DNA of 64,000 nucleotides from Balanoglossus misakiensis (Eukaryota; Animalia; Hemichordata): contig CM082579.2 in NCBI GenBank assembly GCA_040954595.2, positions 6,499,625 to 6,563,624 on the forward strand, in the 5' to 3' direction. The position numbers and the translations under genes are program-made. Shown here piece by piece: positions 41,310 to 53,811 of the stretch (positions are counted from its first letter, which is position 1; each line of letters starts with the position of its first letter). The notes under the pieces are model-generated. The model ran no database searches and had not been told where the DNA came from. It worked only from the letters and a program-made list of their open reading frames with translations.

Positions 41310-41981
41310 AGTTGATGCATGCACTGCCTGAAGGACTGATCCACTGTTTCATCCCTTCTCTGTCAGGACTGTCCCCCCCCCCCCCTTCTTCATTTGGATA
41401 AATACACAAACTCGTGCCAGTGGAAGTGAAACTCAATCAGCACACACTGAACACACCCAATCTTGGATGACAGTCTTGTGTGGATGGGTGTGTCATCAAT
41501 TTAGACAGTCAAGGTTAAATCAGGTCAACTTGCAGCGAAAATCAATGCGGTCTGCTGCCAGACCCTTCTCGAAACAGCCAGAATAACTTCAGAATGTTTC
41601 TGCTATTCAATTGGCAAACTGCATTGATTTCTCTTGTACAATCCCACTTCTATACTGGCTCCATACAGGCAATAACTGCCCACTACAAGTATAGAGTCCA
41701 AAGCAGCTGTAACAGCTTGAGAGATCTGTGGCAGATGTACAGTAAACAGATACACCCCCACGCTTTCCCGAGATCTCATCTACACTTATGGATATTACAG
41801 TTATAGAAACAAAGATCAAGAGGCATGTTTTATGGTCAACATTGCCACTGAAATTCGCAGACATGTTGGTGCACTGTTAACAATTTATCTCCGCAATACA
41901 GGCCCATGGGAGATACAACAACCCAACATATGCAACCAAAATTTTATCAATCATTACCATATATATATGAATGAAACTCAC

Positions 41982-42018
41982 CTGCACGTTCCCGTGACGA
42001 TCTGACTTGATCAAATAC
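41982..42018 (-). CDS. Small coding exon 4 (37 nt, phase 0-1; VFDQVRSSRERA+G)
   Basis: Acceptor TTTGTTAATGCTTTCAG| and consensus donor CAG|GTGAGT. Open when entered in phase 0 from exon 3. Confidence 0.6.
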
Positions 42019-45000
42019 CTGAAAGCATTAACAAATGACATGGAATTAACCATTGAAAACAAATATCTCATGAACAATATGGAACAAATATTACTTAAAA
42101 TATCGGGTTATGGCACGTAAAATTATAGAATACAACTGTACTCAGATTCACATAGTATCCACTCACAGCTGCTAGACTGCAGTTGCATGCTCGGGTGCCC
42201 TCCACATGTTACTCACATTCCATACAAAACTAATTTGACATTGGAATTTCCATTTATAATATCAATAATGATGCAATACTGCACGATGGTTGCCTAGGCC
42301 ACCCTTGAAATAAATGTCGTTTCTATGGTTACATCCGCTGCGCCATACTATCTGACCAATATCCACGCTTACATACGTTGATAAAAACATATTTCATTTC
42401 AATTTACAGCAAAGCACACAGTAATTTATGATGGCGTCAATGGTTCGTAGATTATTAACGTCACTGACGTAAGCGATACTGCTGGCCACTAAGGGGGACT
42501 GGCGAGAAATTGGTTTGGTTACAGATTAGCCTGACTTTCCAGCCATGCTGTGACGTACTTTCCGAAATCAAGGTTAATGAGATGGCTATCGACTTTCTCT
42601 GATGAACTGGTCACACGTGCTCCCTAAACCTCCGACACCTTCCGAATCCCGACACACACTAACTTGTCCACCGATACGCAATGCACATGACTCACACTTT
42701 CATTTCATTGAAAGGAGACAAAAATTACAGCTGTTATTTCAATCCCTCCAATTATGTATTTCTTAATCATTTATTCAACATTATCAATTGTCCATACACA
42801 TTCCTTCCATGGATCTGGCAACGCTTCGAACTGCATGCACAGACAGGTTGGTATCAGTTACGTGAAAAGCAAAAGCGAACCACGCAGCACGTGGGAGGCA
42901 TAATGCAGAACAAGGTAACGATAGGAAGTTAACAACAATGAAAGAGAAGAAAAGTCACATGGTTTGATGACAGTTATTGTGGTCACGAGGATGAAATCAA
43001 TGATGTTAAAAATGCTAGCTTTTGTTTTAGTCAATAGTGATAGATGTGGTAAGGGTGTGTGAGTCACCTCAATTGTACAATTTAATGACGCAGATGCTGT
43101 GTATAGGTCTCCTCTTGCGTAAGCGTTTCAAAAAATGTTTTTCTGAATTAGCACACAATTATCTTTCCATAATAATGGTCGAGTGTGGGTAAGAAGTCAA
43201 TATCTAGTGGTGTTCGCAGTGGGTTTCAACATCACTGGCAATAAATACTGTAGTGTCTGTCTGTCTGAACGCATCACACATTATCAGTATGTGGACAGGA
43301 TATATCATAGTCAGGACTAGGATATTTGCAATATCGTTAGAATCTTTGTACAACCATGGTACAACCAATCATTGCAGGCATTCCGTGATTAGCTTTGTTG
43401 GGATGTTTACAGTACATTCTGTGTGCCATGCATTAGGACAGGTTTGCATTTTGCTTAAGAGTATGAGTCATTACATTCAAGACAAGACGAAAATAGGTCT
43501 ACTTTCCCTGGAAATGACTTCTATTCTAATAAGCAATTATTTACAAAGTGGGCTGACCAATAATGTAAACCTAAAACCTGAGTAAATTGGACACTGTTTA
43601 CAAGCTGTGTTCACCATAGCAACTCAAATCAGTTCCAGGTAAGTGTCGATCAACATTAACAAGGTAAATAACAATTATTAAGTAAACTGTCTTTGTGGTT
43701 TCAGACTGTAGTCGAAAGTTGATTAGCGACGATCCCCCCCCCCCCCCCTCCAGTCTCAGGGTAGGTCCCGTAGGAACAGGTGTTTATTTGGCGGATATGA
43801 TCAAATTGCTCAACAAATCCATTCAGCCAGTGAAAATAGCCATGAGAAAGGCGTTGTAGCCGAAATTACAGGCTGAGAGCAGAAAAGTGGATTGAAACTC
43901 AGGTAAACAGGAATTTGTATGGATGCCGATCTACTCAATGTTCAGGTTCAGTGAGAGGAGCTACTTATTTTTCCGTCACTGTTGCGTGATTGTGTTTGGG
44001 TCGTGGTTCTGCACCTGCCAATGTGTTATGTACAACACAAGGCAAAACAAACAGACACTCGTAAACAGGACTGTTTGTGTTGATCTGTCAGTGTCTGTGT
44101 TTGCAACCAGGCAAATCGAATAAACACGCAAACAGGTTTTATCAATCACAAATCCTGGCAGGTGACATATCAAACAGAATATACTGATCATTGAAATCCT
44201 CTGACAAATTGGGAACTTGCACATCCATGAAACAAGAAACATGAAAACAGGTTTCACCCCAGACCTGTAAGTTGTTGACAAGTGTAAACATTTGTCGACA
44301 ACTCCTAATTTTGTCTGCCACGGAGAACACAACCAGGCTCTGATTGATTTCCAAGCAAAGCTGGCAAACCAGAACTCCCGGGAGCAGCATGCACCACTGA
44401 TTGCTGAAAAAATAAATCCCGGTCTAATTTTTCCACCACAGGGCCACGACTGTTTTCTCTTGCCAATAATCTACAGGATGTAGGGCACCTCTCTAGTCTG
44501 GGGATTGGACTGGCCGTGTTGTTTTAAAGAATTTACAAACCGCTAAAAGCGGGGAGTTCTCAAACCGGGTGATAAGACTTCAACACAAACAGAGCGATCA
44601 CTTGGCAGAGTTTCAAAAACACGGCGACAGTAACCGATATCGAATCGGCAGTGACCGCAATGACACTTGAAATGAGAGCTCCCGGCAGCCAGGTAGATAT
44701 CATCAATGCTTCCTGTATTCTCACCTGTTTCTTCGGATAAAACAACAGGAAATCTCGAGTGCCCGGCTGAAAACACCAACACTGACCTGTAAAGTTGAAC
44801 TCACTGCCACCTGCACATGAAAGTTGTGATTTTTTTCTCTCTCTCACAAATCTCTGCTACTGACTGACCCTTTCTAGTGATCCACAATTAAAAGACAAAC
44901 CACAAACACACCTTTTTATTGTAGTCACATGAGTATAATTAAACACCAGTTTTCTTGGCATTCATCACTGTGTGCACCAGAGTTACTGGGTGTTTATATC

Positions 45001-45447
45001 CAGTTCTCCGTAATTGGATGGCGTATAGAAAGAAAGTTTACGCAAGAGATAAACTGTTATGGCTTCCAAGAGGTCAAGCCTTTCATTTGACTTTAAAACT
45101 AATATTTATTAAACAGTGCACAAATTTCAATTAACTTTCACAGATGTATGCTCCTATCTCCCACTGGAAAATGTTGGTACAGAACCGAAACTTGTCTTTG
45201 AACTTATGTGGGTGACTCAGTGTGATTTATACCTACATTTTTGTCTACATTTAACAAAATAAATTTGGCCAACTACGTGTAAATCAATCAACTGAACCAA
45301 AAATATACTTGTTATTTATATATATTGCCAGATGCTGACAAACCAATTTGAATCATTCCACCGATCTGAATGGATTATTGGCCTGGCCTCTCTTTCTTGC
45401 CTAAATAAACATAGGGTGGCTGGTGAACATGGTTTTCACCAGGTTGT

Positions 45448-45834
45448 TAGTCTAGAATCTATCCGTTCGTAGTCGCATTCACCCTACTACCGTCTAGGAC
45501 CGCAGAACCAAAATCTAGTAAGGCCATAAAAATGGTAATTTGAATGTGAATAGTCTCCAACTGAGCAGTCTGACGTCAGAGAAGTCAATCACTTACGTTG
45601 ACCGACTACTGATTGGCCGTGAGGTGATGACGTTGAATGTTAATTATGTTTACAATGTAGCTCCGCCCCGAATGATACATAATCATGATCACGTGGTGAC
45701 GCTTGACGTCAGATTGCTCAGTTGGAGACTATTCACATTCAAATTACCATTTTTATGGCCTTACTAGATTTTGGTTCTGCGGTCCTAGACGGTAGTAGGG
45801 TGAATGCGACTACGAACGGATAGATTCTAGACTA
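45448..45834. mobile_element. 387-bp non-autonomous DNA transposon (foldback MITE) with 131-bp TIRs and a 9-bp TSD; AcademH-like or MULE-like
   Basis: 45448-45578 is the reverse complement of 45704-45834 with one mismatch. Termini TAGTCTAGAATCT...AGATTCTAGACTA. Direct repeat CCAGGTTGT at 45439-45447 and 45835-45843. Confidence 0.93.
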
Positions 45835-48800
45835 CCAGGTTGTGTGATGAGTAAAAGTGTTCAGCCAACAACCAAACAGCCGTCCCATCTATCTAGCACA
45901 CTCCCCTGAATTATCGATGAGAATGCTTCTATTTTCACCTCTTTAAGACTCCTTGGACACTATCTTTCAAACCTGAGCTGTCCGCCTGACACAAGGTGAC
46001 CTTGGACAAGACAGCAGGTATTTTAATTGCCCTTTAATGGTGCGTTTATTGATTCTAGTAATTTGTAAAGCAGTCAACTAGAACCGGCAAACAACCATGA
46101 CACACAGTAAATGCACGTCACTCTCAAATATAAAACTATTACCCTACCCAAACATTACCCCTCTCACTGATCTGCAACCAGACGCCCACCTGTGTTACCC
46201 ACCAGGTGCAAAATGCAGCCCTGTTTACATATACATGTAAATCAGACACCGTCTGGCCAATCAGAGAGCACTGACCAAGCAATCATTACGATCACCCCTT
46301 ACGCAAACCCTGACAGATTCATACCGCACTATGTTGTGGATTTTTGCATCAATCTTTCATTTTTCTGTCAATGGTGGAAACACTACATCTGCACTCATTG
46401 TAAGGAAACCTTTGAAAGCTACAGATAGAATGGGTAAATGGGTATGAACTTGCGGCCAATGAACTGTTTTATAACAAGTCAAGTAGACTGGCGTAACACT
46501 AAACCTTCGACTAAAAACTGCTGGCGGCTAAACTCGCTCTCAAAGCCCGCTTTTCTCTTCTCCGATCTGTAAAACGTCGCCTCAATGCTTTTTTACTCCT
46601 TGTGTATTTTCTTTCAAAGCAATTAATCCGCTGTTCTGCTTACTGTGACTTTGGAAAGCCCCATGGCGGGCGACGTCTCTATTGTCACCTTCAATGAGTG
46701 TTGACCATAGCAAGGCCATTCCCCAATCCAGGGTCTCTGTACAATGTATATGAAGGCACACCACCAGGTCTGTGTGTGGCAGGGTTGTATGGTGGTTCGG
46801 GGTGGGGGGGGGGGGGTGTCAAGGGGATCAAACCACATCGCTATAATTGCATTGTGGGTAAAAGGTCGACAACTCAATGTTAGTATGAGTTCGAAGAGAT
46901 GATATACTAGTATCTGTACGTTGTACGTGGTTCATGATTACCAAGCAGTAACATCACACACATTATTTACATTACTGGTGATCCACTGCACGCCAGAGAA
47001 AGCAGCCTGTATCTCATCTCGGAATCCCAAGAATTTTACCACTTATAAAACTCCCCAAAAGATATCAGGGAGGACACGCTCTAGCAAATCGGTCATCATT
47101 TCTGTTCATACAAGAAAGGACTTTAAAAAAAAATGAGAAATTTTAATAATTTGACATCTTTTAATTAGTAATTCATTTAGTCCACTGTCAGGAAATCAAT
47201 TTGTTATGTTCCCTCAAATTGGCCAAAAGCAAAGAAATGAGTAAGTCCGACTACGTGCATGCTTTTAAAGTATCTGTCATCACTTACTGGCAAGCGAAAA
47301 ACCAAATGTTCACAAATCGAAACATTAAACATTAATTACTGTAATTATCTGTAATCTATTTAGAATGTTAACATTTAAGATTACAAGAGAGTGCCAGCTC
47401 ATGGCAGGATGGGTTTGCTGCACACACACAAAAAAAACCCCAAAGTTACCAATGCAATTACATCAAATGAATTTGGCTTTTATAAGTAATTTGTTGCAAT
47501 TCTTTTATAAGGGTGACGTTTTCCTGAGACTAGAGAACATATTGCATGTAACATGCTAGTGAAATAAATCTTTGGTTGAAAGTAGTGCGGCAAAACTGGC
47601 TGGGGGTGGCTCCGATCGTCAGTTTGGAGAGACGAGAATCAGAATCGCAGTTTTCAGCGAAGTTTGTTCTGCCACGGAAAAAATACAGCTCCATCCCTCA
47701 CTGAACATTACTGTGAAATATCAATATCATATAAACTCAGTTGTGACCCAAAACCTCCAGAGAATAAAGCGAAACTTACTTGGCAAGAGTTGTGTCGTCA
47801 AGACGCCACAACCGAAAATCTGAAGCGTCAGTACTGCACCACAGTCCGAGATTACTGAGTTCACGAACAGACAGAATACAGGACCTACGCAATTTTTTAA
47901 AGAGCTCTTACAAAGCAGCAAAGTCATTGGTCCCCTCTGAAGTTTATCTCTGGAGTGCGATAAACGAAATATCTCACTGAACCACAAGGGAGCACACTTG
48001 AACCATTCCCTGTGGGCCCCCCCCCCCCCATGTGTTTGGGGTACCGGAATATTTCATTTGCTCTGCAGGTGGGTCGCAGACTCCAGAGAGTTCTGTAGTG
48101 TAAATAACAGACGAATGAAAACTACCAGTACATGAAAACGCAACTTGTGCATAAAACAAGGGATAATTCTAAGTGACTCTGAAACAGTAACTGACATACA
48201 AATTTTCCCTTTACATGCAAAAGTACGCACATGTTCACTTTAACTGTAAAAACCAGCAACCCTAGTGTCTGCGTTTCCCTAGTGAGCTCCCCATCCTACC
48301 ACTCAAGTAGTGGCAATCTCTGTTTATGAAACAATCACATGTTTACATATTTACATCAGTTGTGTTTATGTGGCCACCAGCACTGCAGACCAGCCCACTG
48401 AAAGACCAGAGGCATCTCTCTGAGTGCCCCGTACAAGCCCTGGCTTTAGAGCTGTTCATTGCTGACATTTCAAATTGGCAGTTACCAGACACACGGCCCG
48501 TGTTTATTTGGCCATTGCAGGGGATTATTTGAGGTTACAAGCAGTTAATGGACTTGAACAGAAATCAGTGTTCGTGTGTGCTTCTTTATGTCACAAAATA
48601 ATGGGGGAAACAAGACATGCACTGGGTATTTCAACATGTATTTAGGAAGTAGAATAGAATATTTGACACACCGGACAAAAATTATGGGCAAATATGTCCA
48701 AAACGTAGGGTTATTGTCCCTTTAAACATCGCACTGCTGGTAACTGACAAGTTCCTGAAATTCACAAACAGCTGTCACCGTGGACATGAACATAACTCAT

Positions 48801-49151
48801 GTCTCAATTATTGATTTAAATGCAGCTTTAAAAATTTGAGGTATAATTTTCCTCTTATACCAGTATAGGGTCAGTCACTCTAAAAGTGGCCATTGTCTGG
48901 AAATCAGATCTTACAGGGTCTACCTTGGGAATGGTCTCTTCTCAGTCCATCTCCCATTGGACCAAAAACATTTTCTTTCTGGGGAGAATACCAAGCACTT
49001 TAAAGGACAAACCGGTTCTCGTTTCTCTCCCCGAACACACAACAAATCCATTTTCAGGGTCATGAAAGCAGGCCAGGACTGCACAGGGGGCTAATTAGAA
49101 GAAAACTCAAGATCAAGTCTATCCTGTTGGGATTATCTGACTATAGGTTCG

Positions 49152-49289
49152 GAGGGGAAAGACCTTTTTACTCAGAGAATCTTGTAAACGCACAGGGGAA
49201 AGACCTTTTTACTCAAAAAATCTTGTAAACGCAGAGGGGAAAGTAACATCCAGAGGGGAAAGACCTTTTTTACTCAGAGAATCTTGTAA
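49152..49289. repeat. 41-bp minisatellite, about 3 copies with one interrupted unit
   Basis: Unit gaggggaaagacctttttactcagagaatcttgtaaacgca. Confidence 0.9.
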
Positions 49290-50658
49290 GACTTCCTGAG
49301 GGCTGTACATCTGTGCACATTGCTTTTTTTTGTCATACTAAGTGCGTGGCTGTTCAATGTACAGGCCTCATCTGCAGTTGATTGAAGTTAATTTCACATT
49401 TCATTTTTAGCCACCCAGGCTTCAGAATTGGTTTGAAAACCTTCAATTTCACTAAAAGGCATATGTGATATAATTACACGTGTTATACAGTTTTCCATCA
49501 TAGTTCTAAAATCACAGCATAGGATTTACCTAATCATCACTCAAATTTCGTTTTCCGCCACAATTATGTTCACATGTCATACTGGCTATACAACTGCAAT
49601 GGTTTAGACAACCTAGTAGTAACTGACATCCGCCAACTTTAAGTTTGATTTCAATCAGATTGTAGCAGTAGTAAGTATTGCTAAGTTCATAGTTAAAGAC
49701 AGGCATATGTTCTCAGTCAAGTGTGTCCTTAAAGGCACACAATCACTGCTAGTTTGGATATCCCCTATATGTAAACTCGAATAACCATATGCGAGTGCAC
49801 TTTTTTTCGCATCGTGGCCACCCCATGACTGTCTTTCGTTGGCTAGATCTCAACTTAACATGGCAACTGGGTGGTTAAATTTGCATAGGTAACCGTGTAT
49901 ATATGTCACTGGTGGCTGATAAGTTGGAAGAAAAGGTCTTAACCCCATTAGCTATGACGCAGAAAATACATTTAAAATCAGAAGTCCATTGTGAAACGCA
50001 AGGACAGATATTTCTGTCCACATTCTCTGGTGAATTTCACTTTCACAGGTTTCAAGGCAATCCATTTCATCCCTGTAGAGGGCGCCATGTCTGACTGAAG
50101 TCACTCTCACCTATGTAACCATGGTTACATCAAGGTTTCCTTCCATGTTGACATTTGAGAGAAAGCACACAAGTGCGCATGGCAGCTAAGCAAACAATTT
50201 TTGGCTTGCACCGATAATGATCTGCTTAAACTCAGGGTTTCTCTCGCAAAAATGTGCAGACCAGTCACGTTTTTCTGTGCGTTACGTAAATTTCTTACAC
50301 TGCAGAGAGTGCATGCTATATGCAATACAGGCGCATCAAGCCATTTCCAAAAGCTTCAATAGCAGCAATCAGAGCCCGCTCCTCAATACATGTAGATGAA
50401 TTTCCATTTGTTGTGAGATCTCGCGAGACATGGTTAAAGACCGTAGCGATGGCTTGCTAGCCAAGTAATACAAGCTATAGCAAGCTTAACTTACTATAGC
50501 CATGCACAGAGTCTCAGGGAGTTTGGAAAATTGTCTATTCACATATTCCAAGCCCTGACCATGAGACCATGATGGCATTTTGAATCAAATAAATTTTGAA
50601 TGTTTAATCCAATAATGCAAAAATAATTCACAGCATAGATAGGGGACAGTGCGCTCAC

Positions 50659-51867
50659 CTTTTCTTTAGGTCTGGCTCCGCGGTCTAGCAGAGTTTCAAA
50701 CGATCCGGCACCTGGCAGTGTTCGGTACGCTGTCTGCGGGGAGGAGGTGGGAGAGTGCCTCGGAGATATGCCGGGGGAGCACTTTGGTGGCGGGCTTTGT
50801 TGGTTGGCTGAAAACACCAGCGGAGAAGTCTCTCTCGGCGACGTCACTTTCCTCCTGAGAATCACAGACGTGGGCGAGCTTTGGTCTGGAGAGCACGAGC
50901 GCGGGGAGACGATTTTTGTTTTCATAACGGGCGAGGCGGGATCTGAATCTGAATGACATGGCTGTACACCGACGGGCGATCCCGTTCTCTGGTGGATTAC
51001 TTGATTCTGCGCGAGCGACGCGCTCTGATAGGGCGATGCCGCTCGCCCCGGCGACGACCCGGGCGTGGACTCTGGGAGAGAGGGTGAGCCGGGCTGCATC
51101 ATTGTCGTCAGTTCTCTCCCGGACATCGGCGGCGAGGCAGTGTACGTCAGAGGAGACGGGTGCGTGCAGACAGCCGGGGAGGCCGACCTACGACCTGACT
51201 GGGGGGAAGTGTCGGAAAGCGAGGAGGACGATTCCGCATGAGCCTGCCTCTTCAGCAGCACTGGGGAATAGGAATGACTGCCTGTGGGTGAATTCCCCGC
51301 CGGCCGCCTGCTCGTCAGCGGTGAATACATCGCCGCGTGCTTCGTGGCGTATTTCTCCCTCGGCCAACTCCCCGTTGTCCCGGTCGGAGAGGCGCTTTTG
51401 GCCGCGTGCATGTCTTCAGTGTCCCTCATCAGTGCCACCAAACTGGCATGTGTGGCAGACAGATCCTCGATGGGTCTCCTGGATGAAAACGGAGCCGTTT
51501 CTGTATATTCCTTCAACCCCGCCACGGAATTGTCATTAAACTGCTCCAACGGCAAAGTTCCATACCCACTTTTGGTGGTGTCTTCCACTGAGGAGTCCTG
51601 ACTCGGTCTTAACGTCCTCTGACGTGTCACCGGTGAAAAGCGACACTGCTCTGCGTACGACTGTTCACAGTGACGCTTCGACATTTCTGCATCATCCAAA
51701 GAGTTCATCCGCACCCAGGGCGACTCGACAAACCTCTGAGATTCCTGACAGTGCGAGATCTTCTGAGGAAATGAAGACATGGGCTGGTTGTTACCCGGTG
51801 AATTGTGATTTTGATGCAGGTCTGCGTCAGCTCTGTCTTCCTTGTTATCCCTATAATGGTCTGCAAA
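50659..51867 (-). CDS. Coding exon 3 (1209 nt, 403 codons), Ser/Pro-rich low-complexity region ending ...LDRGARPKEK
   Basis: Longest ORF in the window (50539..51780), high GC/CpG. The frame stays open 29 codons upstream of the ORF's ATG to acceptor TTCTCTTTTAG| (phase 0). Donor AAG|GTGAGC at 50659/50658, after which composition turns AT-rich. Confidence 0.88.
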
Positions 51868-53631
51868 CTAAAAGAGAATGGCTTTCATCAGACATCCTGG
51901 AAAACATTGCATTATATAAATTGTATCTACTTTTGCATTTTTTTTACATTTATTTTTATATTGGGGGCAACAAGATTTCATGACATCTACAAACTTCAGA
52001 AAACAAACACTGAATCATTTGCTATGAATAGCACTCGATGAAAGAGACCAACTCAAAAACATTCCCTGTTTTCCCCCTTTTCGTCGTAAGATTTTACTTA
52101 GACTGACGATGGCCCTATAAATTGCTACTTCAGAGTACACAACTCTTGACTGAACATCAAATGGTGAGAACCACAATGCAAAGAGCAAGATTAGGCATGG
52201 GGAAATCTCCCCATGTAAATAAACAGCACCAACAACAACTACCAGCTGTCTCATACACAGCCTCTTTGACTCAATATGGGTACTTCAAGAGGCGAGGTTT
52301 TAATGTTCCACTTTTGCAAAAAAATAGCCGTGATATTGATGAAGAACCAGCTCCTGAAACCCAATCTTATCACACGATGCCATCCATTCCCCCAGCCCCG
52401 GAATCTGGGAATCAGAACCGTATCAACTTATAAAATGATTTATTTTTTTCCCTTATCAAGAATGACTTTCAATTCCGTGTTCCCACACATCCAGTTAAAG
52501 TTCTGGCTGGAAATGGGATGCGGAAACTGATACCCCTGAGAAACAGCCCATTGTCTCCAGAGGGCGCCAGAACAAGAAACGTCTTCAGATCATTCCGTCT
52601 GATCACACTATAAGACGTTCGAAAACCACATCCTGTGACAAGCACTGTGTGGTGAAATATCTTCCCTGCCAGAATAAAAAACCCTGCACACTTGTAAAGT
52701 AGGTCACCATGGGTTGGGTTTATTGTACCTCCGAAGCAATTTACGTCCATGTCCATTGTAAGATACGAGTGCTGCTAAAGATTTATGGCGAACACAAGTG
52801 GATCTCGTGAACAGTCACAAGACGAGCAATTAAATTTTATTTTGGCAATTCCCGGGACAAAAGACCTCAAAGCAGTTCCTTGCATCATGTCAAAATCACC
52901 AGACTGTCATTGTTTACCTGAACATGCTGAACAGATTTCTTTTTCATGAGAAGGAGCTTAATTTTTTATTAGTGCGTGTACTTGTCATCATACTTCGCTG
53001 GGCAGGGCCCAGAACATAGTTTCGTCGAACTGTTTGCCCAAACAAGACAGAAAAGGCCTTATGAAACCCTAATATGCAGGTTAACATTGAATATTTTCTG
53101 TGTCAAATTTGAACAGCTGGAAGTGGGTGACTTCACCAGACAGCTTGAGCAAAGACAGGTGTTCGGGGAATAGCCACCGAATTTGCTGTGTGGAAAGCAA
53201 TTAAATTTAAAAAGCTGGACACTCTGACACAAATTTTCATGAGAAAACTTTGGTCAAAGACTATAAAATGCAGAGCAAACACTCCAAGATTCACAAGCTG
53301 TGCAATTACCAGTGGGCGAACTATTTCAACATTTTCTGTTGAATATTAGGGTGTTCCTCTGTCTACTTCATGGGGCAGTTAAAACTGTTGCTATCTCAAG
53401 TGGTTTTATGGGGGGGGGGGGGGGCATTGAAATGGGGATGTAAGGGTAATTTATCCATATGATTGGAAATGGCAAGTTTTAGACAGGTGGTTTCAGGATA
53501 GAGTGAAGTTGTGTGAAAGCACATGTAAGTCCTCAGACTTACATGTATACACACATGTCTGTGTAAAGACAAGTGATGAGTGTGGTAGTGCATGCATGGA
53601 CTGTGAACTAGATTTATTAAACAACACTTAC

Positions 53632-53811
53632 AATGTTCATGTTACGTCTGGTTGTGTACGGCGACACTGTTGATCCTGAGCTGGGTCCTGTTAATCGGTC
53701 ATCCCTCAAATTCTGAAATCCGATTGGTCCATCACCAGGTGTTCCACTGGGACAGGGCTGCCGGTTGCATAGATTGCTCTTCAGTCCCTCATACTGGTCC
53801 ATAGCATTACC
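53632..53811 (-). CDS. Coding exon 2 (180 nt, phase 0-0; GNAMDQYEGLKSNL...YTTRRNMNI)
   Basis: Acceptor TGTCTCTCCTTCCAG| and donor ATT|GTAAGT. Open frame inside ORF 53617..53877, GC-richer than its flanks, phase compatible with both neighbours. Confidence 0.8.

Noticed and set aside
49152-49289. CRISPR-like repeat array
   Set aside because: Units are head-to-tail without unique spacers, there are no cas genes and the context is eukaryotic. It is a minisatellite.
50539-50658. C-terminal 39 aa of the 413-aa ORF
   Set aside because: Lies past the donor AAG|GTGAGC in AT-rich sequence, so it is most likely intron read-through.
50958-51601. 193-aa and 105-aa plus-strand ORFs
   Set aside because: Antisense shadows of the GC-rich coding exon 3, with no independent splice or start support.
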